Source of the DNA: Planctomycetota bacterium
GTDB lineage: Bacteria; Planctomycetota; UBA8108; SXIK01
Direction of reading: 5' to 3'
DNA length: 64,000 bases
Assembly: GCA_965223845.1 (NCBI GenBank)
Contig: CBDCXR010000004.1
Span: forward strand, 6,336,001-6,400,000
Shown here piece by piece: positions 58,134 through 64,000 of this stretch. The notes under the pieces are model-generated. The model ran no database searches, was not told the DNA's origin, and was given only the letters and a program-made list of their open reading frames with translations. Position 1 is the first letter of the stretch. Each line of letters opens with the position of its first letter. The position numbers were made by a program, and so were the translations under genes.

Positions 58134-59326
58134 CACTCGGCCTCGAGGAGCGCGCGAAGCTCGTCGTCCGACACTTCGCGCGGATTGCCGCTCATGCTGT
58201 TTCCGCGCGAGCCGCGGACGATCGCGGGCAGCGCGCTCCGATCGACGCCGATATCGCGAAGCCGCCGCGGGATGTCGATCTCTTCGTACAGTCGATCGAT
58301 CCATTCGAGCGCGGCATCGACCGCGGCTGCGCCGTCGATCGCCGGATTTCCCGAGAGAACGCGTCCGAGCTCGGCGATCTCGCCGGCTCGGACCTCGCGG
58401 TTGACGCGTAGAGCCGCGGGGAGCATCACCGCGCACGCGAGGCCATGGGGAACATCGCACTCGATCCCGAGCGCGGCGGCGACGCCGTGCGCGAGACCGA
58501 GGCCCGAGTTCGCGAGAGCGAGGCCGCTCAAGAGCGCGGCGTGCGCTAGGCGCTCGCGTGCGACTTGAGCCACCGGGTCGGCGCCGCGAGTGACTGCCGT
58601 CGAGATGTGAGGCGCGGCGAGCGAGATTCCCTGACGCGCGAGAGCCTGGGGGATCGGGCGAGCACGTTTCGAGATGAAGCTCTCGATGAGCTGCGTGAGC
58701 GCGTCCATGCCGGTGTATGCGGTCGTTGCCGGCGGGAGCGACTGCGTGAGCTCGGGATCCACGAGGGCGATGCGCGGAATCATTCGATCCGATCGTAGAC
58801 TCTTCTTGAAGGCGGGATCTCGTCCCGAAATCACCGCGTTCTTCGTCGCTTCGGTTCCAGTGCCGGCGGTCGTCGGCACTGCGAGCATCGCGAGCGGATC
58901 GTTGGCGAGCTGGAGACCCGTGCCGACGCCCTCGAGATAGTCTCGAACGGTGTCGCTCTCCGTGTTGGTCGCCATGGCGCTCGCCGCCTTCGCGAGGTCG
59001 AGCGCGGAGCCGCCGCCGATGCCGAGAACGAAGTCCCCGCGGCGAACACCCGCCGCGCGGATCGTTGCGGTCGCTGCGTCGACATCCTCGACGAGCGGCT
59101 CACGCGCGATCGCGGCGACGTCGACGGTGTCGATCTCCGCCTCTCGCAGCGTGTCGAGAATGCTTCCGAGAACGCCGCTCGAGGCGAGCGTTCGCGATCC
59201 GCTTACGACGAAGGCCCGCCGGCCGAGAGTCGCGGCCCACTCACCGATTTCGGCGCGGCGCCCCCAACCGAAGACGATGCGCGCGGGAGCGAGGAAATCG
59301 TAGCGGGCGGAAAAGGCGGGCTCCAT
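58130..59326 (-). CDS. Iron-containing alcohol dehydrogenase family protein
   Basis: GIGGGSALDLAKA, VPTTAGTGTEAT, ALVDPELT, GMDALTQLIES, GLGLAHG, VPHGLAC. Confidence 0.93.
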   Translation of the reverse strand: MEPAFSARYDFLAPARIVFGWGRRAEIGEWAATLGRRAFVVSGSRTLASSGVLGSILDTLREAEIDTVDVAAIAREPLVEDVDAATATIRAAGVRRGDFVLGIGGGSALDLAKAASAMATNTESDTVRDYLEGVGTGLQLANDPLAMLAVPTTAGTGTEATKNAVISGRDPAFKKSLRSDRMIPRIALVDPELTQSLPPATTAYTGMDALTQLIESFISKRARPIPQALARQGISLAAPHISTAVTRGADPVAQVARERLAHAALLSGLALANSGLGLAHGVAAALGIECDVPHGLACAVMLPAALRVNREVRAGEIAELGRVLSGNPAIDGAAAVDAALEWIDRLYEEIDIPRRLRDIGVDRSALPAIVRGSRGNSMSGNPREVSDDELRALLEAEW

Positions 59327-59491
59327 CGGTTCAGTCGCTCCGTGGGACGTCGGGTTGAGACCTGGTTCTCGGGAGACGCAAGAGCGAAGCGGCGAGTCGC
59401 CGTAGGCCGAGTCCCGGCCCGCAGGCGTCGCCGCGACGATCGGGGTGTGGTTCTAACACAGTGAGGGCTCGGAGAGGCGAGCGGGTCCCGC

Positions 59492-60190
59492 TCAGACCCG
59501 CACCTCGACGATCCCGTCGCGCTCGCGGACGTCATATCTCGATGCCGAGATTCCCGCCATCGTTCGACACTCCCCGCTCTCGAGGTCGAAGGTCCAGCCG
59601 TGGAACGGGCAGGTGACCGCGTCCTCGATCACGACACCGGTCGCGAGAGTTCCACCCTTCATGTGCGGGCAGAGGTTGTCGAGCGCGAAGAGCCCACGGC
59701 TCGTCTTGAACACGGCGAGGATGTGGCGTCCGGCCTTGACCTTGAGGCCGCCGTCCTCCGGGAGGTCGTCGCTCTGTGCGACCTCGATCCACTCGCGAGC
59801 GCTCTCGTCGTCGGGAGTCGCCTCGGTCGGACTCGGAGCCGGGGTCGTCTGCTCCGCGGCTCCGAGGTGGGCGAGCTCGGGGCGATCCATGTCGAGAAGG
59901 ACGTCGATCGCATCGACGACGCGAGTCAGTCCCGCACAGGGATAGGAACAGAGGATCGCGTCGAGAATCTCGTCGGCGCTCGCTCCCTCGTCCAGCGCGC
60001 GTCCGACGTATTGCTCGAGGCCGCGCGGCGAGAAGTTGATCACCTTCGTCACGATCGAGATGAGAAACCGCGTCTTCGGCTCGAGGTGGCGGGCCGATTC
60101 GGCGAAGAACTTGAGGAGATGTTCCGCTGCGGCCGGTCGCTGTGCCCGGAGGACCGCCAGTCCGCGAGATTTTCCCTTTGGCTTGCCCAA
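59492..60190 (-). CDS. CMD/AhpD-like domain fused to a Rieske [2Fe-2S] ferredoxin (NirD-like)
   Basis: N-terminal LEPKTRFLISI...RALDEGASADEILDAI; C-terminal ALDNLCPH...VTCPFHGWTFDLESG. TTG 60190 follows AGGGAG. Confidence 0.82.
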   Translation of the reverse strand: MGKPKGKSRGLAVLRAQRPAAAEHLLKFFAESARHLEPKTRFLISIVTKVINFSPRGLEQYVGRALDEGASADEILDAILCSYPCAGLTRVVDAIDVLLDMDRPELAHLGAAEQTTPAPSPTEATPDDESAREWIEVAQSDDLPEDGGLKVKAGRHILAVFKTSRGLFALDNLCPHMKGGTLATGVVIEDAVTCPFHGWTFDLESGECRTMAGISASRYDVRERDGIVEVRV

Positions 60191-60332
60191 GCTTGCGCTC
60201 CCTGGTGATCTTCGGAGAAGCACGGCGACGTGCGACCGGGCGGCGCGAGCCGCTCGCGGCGCGGCCTATCGTAGAGCGGTTCGTTCGCGTGGGCCAGGGC
60301 GCGTTCGGCGGGATCGCAGGAGCGGCCGGAAC

Positions 60333-60375
60333 GAAGAACGGGCCACGCACCCGCTGGGTTCGTGGCCCGTTCTTC
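60333..60375. terminator. Strong inverted repeat (possible terminator) between the lipoprotein and CMD-Rieske genes
   Basis: 15-bp arms gaagaacgggccacg / cgtggcccgttcttc; only a weak U-tract. Confidence 0.5.
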
Positions 60376-60426
60376 GTGGTTTCGCGTTTCGCCGCGGAGT
60401 CGAGTCGGAGAAACCTTGGAGGCGAC

Positions 60427-62061
60427 TCAGAACCGGACGGGGAACGCGGCGTAGTCGAGAGGCATCTCGAGCAGCGAGACCGACTGGGAATCGAACACGC
60501 GAACGTTGTTCTCGTCGAGCGGCAACACCAGCGTCAGCTCGGAGAGCGCATCGAACGTCACCGCGATCAAGTCGCTTCGCCGCTGCACGACGGTGACGTT
60601 GCCGGTGAGGTAGTTGACGCCGAGGAGTCGATCGCGCCCGCGGTCGAAGAGAAGGCGCGTATCGCGCACGTCGGAAAACGCGGGCCGGAAGCTCGGTTCG
60701 AAGGTGCTCCCGCCCTCGTTCCCCTTCGGGTCGAATGCGTTCGCGAAATTGTTCGACGGAACACAGACGTCCATATTCCGCGTCGCGCGGTCGGACGGAT
60801 CGATCGGGTCGGGTTTCGAATAGTCGTAGCAGAGGACGTTGTTCGTTTCTTCCTCGACGATCCAGACTTCCGTCTTCGACGGATGGAGAAACGCGGAGCC
60901 CATGGTGAACGGGCCGGTCGCGTTCGTGATCCCCGCCGCGTCTCGGAGAGTCTCGAGGAAGGTCGCTCGACTCACCGCACGGCTGAGGCCGCTTCCGGTG
61001 ATGTCCTCGCCCCCGAGTCGGACGACTCGCACGCGGAAGAAATTGAACGTCGCGGCGTCATAAAAGAGAGCGCTCCCATCCGACGGGATCAGAACCGGCT
61101 GAAACTCGTCGATGCGGACGTCCTGATTCGCCGTGATCTGGACGGAAATGTCGCGGAAAGTGAGGAAGGGCTGGCGCGGGCTCGCGGGGTTCGACGGATC
61201 CGTGAGGAACGTCCGGATGCTGCCGCGGATCACCGGCGTCGGGATGAGGTCGTAGTCCGACGCCGAAATCACGTTGAGGTCCCAGTCGCGGATCACCATG
61301 TCTTCTTCGATCTCGAGGAGCTGAACCGCCTTCAGTGTCTCGAAGAAGAGGAGCACTCGATTCGGCTCGATCTCGAACATCCGCGAGACGACGTTCGCCC
61401 CCGCGTCCTCGACGAGGTCTTCGTTCGTGATCGCCACGCTGAGCACGAGCCCGTTGCCGTTCCCGAAGTTCTCATCCTGAACGCCGGACGCACGGTAGCC
61501 GAGTCGACGCGGTGTGCCGAGATCGTCGACCACGTCCACCGGATCGACGGGCTTGAAACCGATGATGTTCCGCGTGTTCGCGTCGAACGCGAGGATCCAC
61601 CCGTTCTTCAGCTGGATCGGAGGAACGGTGGACGAGAGACCGGACTGCGGCGCGATCTGGGCGTCGTTGAGGCCGGTCGCGCTGTAGTGAAGCTTCACCG
61701 GATCGGCGTTCGCTCCAAAACAATCGTCTTCGGTACGGCAGAGATTGACGCCGATGATCGATCGGCTCTGACCGTCGTAGACGAGCGCGGTGTCGTCGGA
61801 TGTGAAATGGCCGATCACGCGCGCGTCCGCTTGCCGCTCGCGGACATCATTCGCGAGCTGGTCGGGGTCGATCACCGACAAGACGTCGACCTTATCGAGC
61901 AAGGTGCGGAGGCCGCCTTCCCCGTTGCTGTTGGCGGCCGGAACGATCGGGGCGACGAACAGGTCCGAGGAAACCTGCCGGCTCCGGTTGTTGTTGTCGC
62001 ACGCGGCGAATGCCAACGCCGTCAGGCACAGGGCAAGAGGCGCGAAACGACGTCCACGCAT
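60427..62061 (-). CDS. Hypothetical lipoprotein, beta-rich
   Basis: MRGRRFAPLALCLTALAFAAC lipobox and normal amino-acid composition; no family recognised. An alternative start lies at 62076. Confidence 0.75.
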   Translation of the reverse strand: MRGRRFAPLALCLTALAFAACDNNNRSRQVSSDLFVAPIVPAANSNGEGGLRTLLDKVDVLSVIDPDQLANDVRERQADARVIGHFTSDDTALVYDGQSRSIIGVNLCRTEDDCFGANADPVKLHYSATGLNDAQIAPQSGLSSTVPPIQLKNGWILAFDANTRNIIGFKPVDPVDVVDDLGTPRRLGYRASGVQDENFGNGNGLVLSVAITNEDLVEDAGANVVSRMFEIEPNRVLLFFETLKAVQLLEIEEDMVIRDWDLNVISASDYDLIPTPVIRGSIRTFLTDPSNPASPRQPFLTFRDISVQITANQDVRIDEFQPVLIPSDGSALFYDAATFNFFRVRVVRLGGEDITGSGLSRAVSRATFLETLRDAAGITNATGPFTMGSAFLHPSKTEVWIVEEETNNVLCYDYSKPDPIDPSDRATRNMDVCVPSNNFANAFDPKGNEGGSTFEPSFRPAFSDVRDTRLLFDRGRDRLLGVNYLTGNVTVVQRRSDLIAVTFDALSELTLVLPLDENNVRVFDSQSVSLLEMPLDYAAFPVRF

Positions 62062-62443
62062 GGCTTGAGTACCCATTCCCAATTCACCTTTCCACGGAGC
62101 GACCCTCCGCTCCGATGGGCACAAGCTCGCACGCGACGAGCACGCTCAGTAGAGCGGGGCGAAGAATCAACTACAGTTGTATGAACGCTTTATGGAGCCT
62201 TCGGTGGGGGGGAAATCCACGCCCTGAAGCGCATTTCTCGCGCACCGAGTCGAAGGAAGGTAGACGTCGATTCTACTGGCTCGAAAGAACGCTTTTCAAC
62301 TCGTTTCCGCGCGGGGATTGGCCTGCCGCGGAGCCGCTCGATTCGTTCGATGTTCGAGTCCTAAGGCGAGGTTGACGAAACCTCGTCCCCGCGGGCGGAC
62401 GCGGCCGGATGGAGCGCGAGTGGATCGACGATCCTCTCCTCGA

Positions 62444-63949
62444 TCACCCGCTGCCGTGGAGCGCGGCTAGATAGAGGGGGCCGGGCAGGCTCGCGTTCCA
62501 CCTCGGCTCGTGGCCGATCTCTACTCGAAGAGAGGCGCCGACGAGCCGCTCCCAGCGCTCCGTGACGAGGCGGCCGAAGCCGGGAATTCGCCAGCCGCTA
62601 CCTTCGACGGCGAGAAGATCCGGGCGACCTCGCCCGCCGCGCCCGAAGCCCCGACGCACGGTGACCGCCGCGAGGACGAGCGCCGCGTGAGCTGCCGCAC
62701 GTTCGGCGACGACCTCGGCCGCGAGCCGGACGTCTCGCGCTTCGTCCTCACGAAGCTTCGCCGCGGGGAACGCGTCTGCGATTGCGCGTGCGTTCGGTGC
62801 CGAGCGGATTCGCGAGATTTCCGGTCCCGCCGGTGCTCGGCCGCAGGCGCTCACGAGACGCGAGTAGAGAGAGCCGTCGATGCGTTCGGCGATCACGGCG
62901 CGGAGCTGGGCCTCGAGCGCGTGCCCCCCGCCGAGGACGTTGTGCTCGAGCGGGTGAGAGTGCGCCGGAGCGGTGTCGAGATCGCTCTGCGTCGCCGCGA
63001 GCGCGATCCCTCCGATCTCGTAATTGACGACGAAGTGCTGCGGCGCGGGAAGCTCTCGGGCGCCGGGCGATTCACCGGCGCGAAGTCGGCGAGGCTCGTA
63101 GCCGTCGTCGTCCGCGGTCGCGACCACTCCAGATCTTCGCACGGCGTACGGTTCCGCGAGCGCGAAGTTCGTTCCCGTGCCGAGGATGAACAGTCCGATC
63201 TGGTCGTATGCGGTCTGGTACGCCTCGGTGAGGAAATAGTGGAGCGCCATCGCGCCGTCGTTCGAGACGGTTACGCGGGGTGGCGTCCAGCGTGCGAGCC
63301 GTTCAAACGCGGTCGTAAAGAGGCGGCCGACGAGTCGGTCGACGATGTCGGTGAACGACTTTTGACTCTTCTTCATCTCGGTCGTGCGCGCGGTCACGCC
63401 GCCGAGCACACGATCACTCAGTCGGAGCACGCGATGGGGAAAGCACCAGCTGAGGAGGAGTCCGCTCGCGCGCGAGAGCTCCGAGCGCGACTCGCCGAGG
63501 ACGGCGAGTGTCCGTTCGGCGATCGTCTCGATCATCGCTTCTCCGCTCGCGGTATCGGCGGGCGTGGGCGTCGCGAACTCGAGCCGGCGCTTTACGGCTT
63601 CGACCCGATCGGAACCGGCGACACGCCGCCCGTTCGCGTCGATGATTTCGAGCTCTCCGCTCTCGAGTCGCATCAACCCGACTCCCGTGCGAGTTCCTCC
63701 CACCGAGATCACGAGCGAGAGATCCGCACTCGGATTGGCGATCGGCCGGGGAAGCGGCAGGCCCGTCCACAGCATCGGCGGCGCGACACCGTCGTCGTCC
63801 ATCGCACTCGCGATGCGCGCGACGTCGCTCCGGAGGCGTTCGATCGTCGCGGGGCGGTCGAAGTCGAGAACGAATCGATCGCGTTCGAGATGTTCGCGGA
63901 TCGCGCGGTGGCGCGCGGAGGAGCCGTTGTCCGTCGCCATCGAATTCAC
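62444..63949 (-). CDS. Divergent hexokinase-family (ASKHA) protein
   Basis: Motifs in hexokinase order: VISVGGTRT, LLLSWCFP, VSNDG, GLFILGTGTNFA..E, VVNYEIG, AVEGS. Start may be ATG 63940. Confidence 0.7.
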   Translation of the reverse strand: MNSMATDNGSSARHRAIREHLERDRFVLDFDRPATIERLRSDVARIASAMDDDGVAPPMLWTGLPLPRPIANPSADLSLVISVGGTRTGVGLMRLESGELEIIDANGRRVAGSDRVEAVKRRLEFATPTPADTASGEAMIETIAERTLAVLGESRSELSRASGLLLSWCFPHRVLRLSDRVLGGVTARTTEMKKSQKSFTDIVDRLVGRLFTTAFERLARWTPPRVTVSNDGAMALHYFLTEAYQTAYDQIGLFILGTGTNFALAEPYAVRRSGVVATADDDGYEPRRLRAGESPGARELPAPQHFVVNYEIGGIALAATQSDLDTAPAHSHPLEHNVLGGGHALEAQLRAVIAERIDGSLYSRLVSACGRAPAGPEISRIRSAPNARAIADAFPAAKLREDEARDVRLAAEVVAERAAAHAALVLAAVTVRRGFGRGGRGRPDLLAVEGSGWRIPGFGRLVTERWERLVGASLRVEIGHEPRWNASLPGPLYLAALHGSG

Positions 63950-64000
63950 CGCCGATCCTCGACCGGACTCCCGCGCGACGATCCGAACAGATCGGCAAAG

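Noticed and set aside
60142-62184. 680-aa plus-strand ORF
   Set aside because: Antisense to the lipoprotein gene, which has a signal peptide and natural composition.

Overview
High-GC bacterial window, most likely Planctomycetota (inferred from a LEPRxLL N-terminal motif, a planctomycete-type dockerin-like C-terminal tag, a prenyltransferase/squalene-oxidase repeat protein and a CRTAC1/ASPIC-type lipoprotein). Over half of it is one giant gene (~22781-57067, ~11,400 aa) encoding a secreted or surface adhesin-like protein. It has SBBP propellers, nine 7-repeat propeller-like modules that each sit inside an Ig/cadherin-like domain, two LamG domains, a 20 x 327-bp tandem array, and a hydrophobic C-terminal 'W..FDPLPVL' tail. 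The left arm holds membrane proteins and lipoproteins, a parD antitoxin with a doubly frameshifted parE, a beta-helix/diheme cytochrome c fusion, a MATE transporter, glgP, a PEP-CTERM protein, an unusual secreted Cys-rich protein of ~14 palindromically spaced C-x3-C-x10-C-x9-C-x10-C-x3-C repeats, a deviant Prs and a nitrilase. The right arm holds a PfkB kinase, an Fe-ADH, a CMD-Rieske fusion, an orphan lipoprotein and a divergent hexokinase-family protein. No rRNA, tRNA, CRISPR array or transposase was seen. All family calls come from motif recognition by eye; no database search was run.
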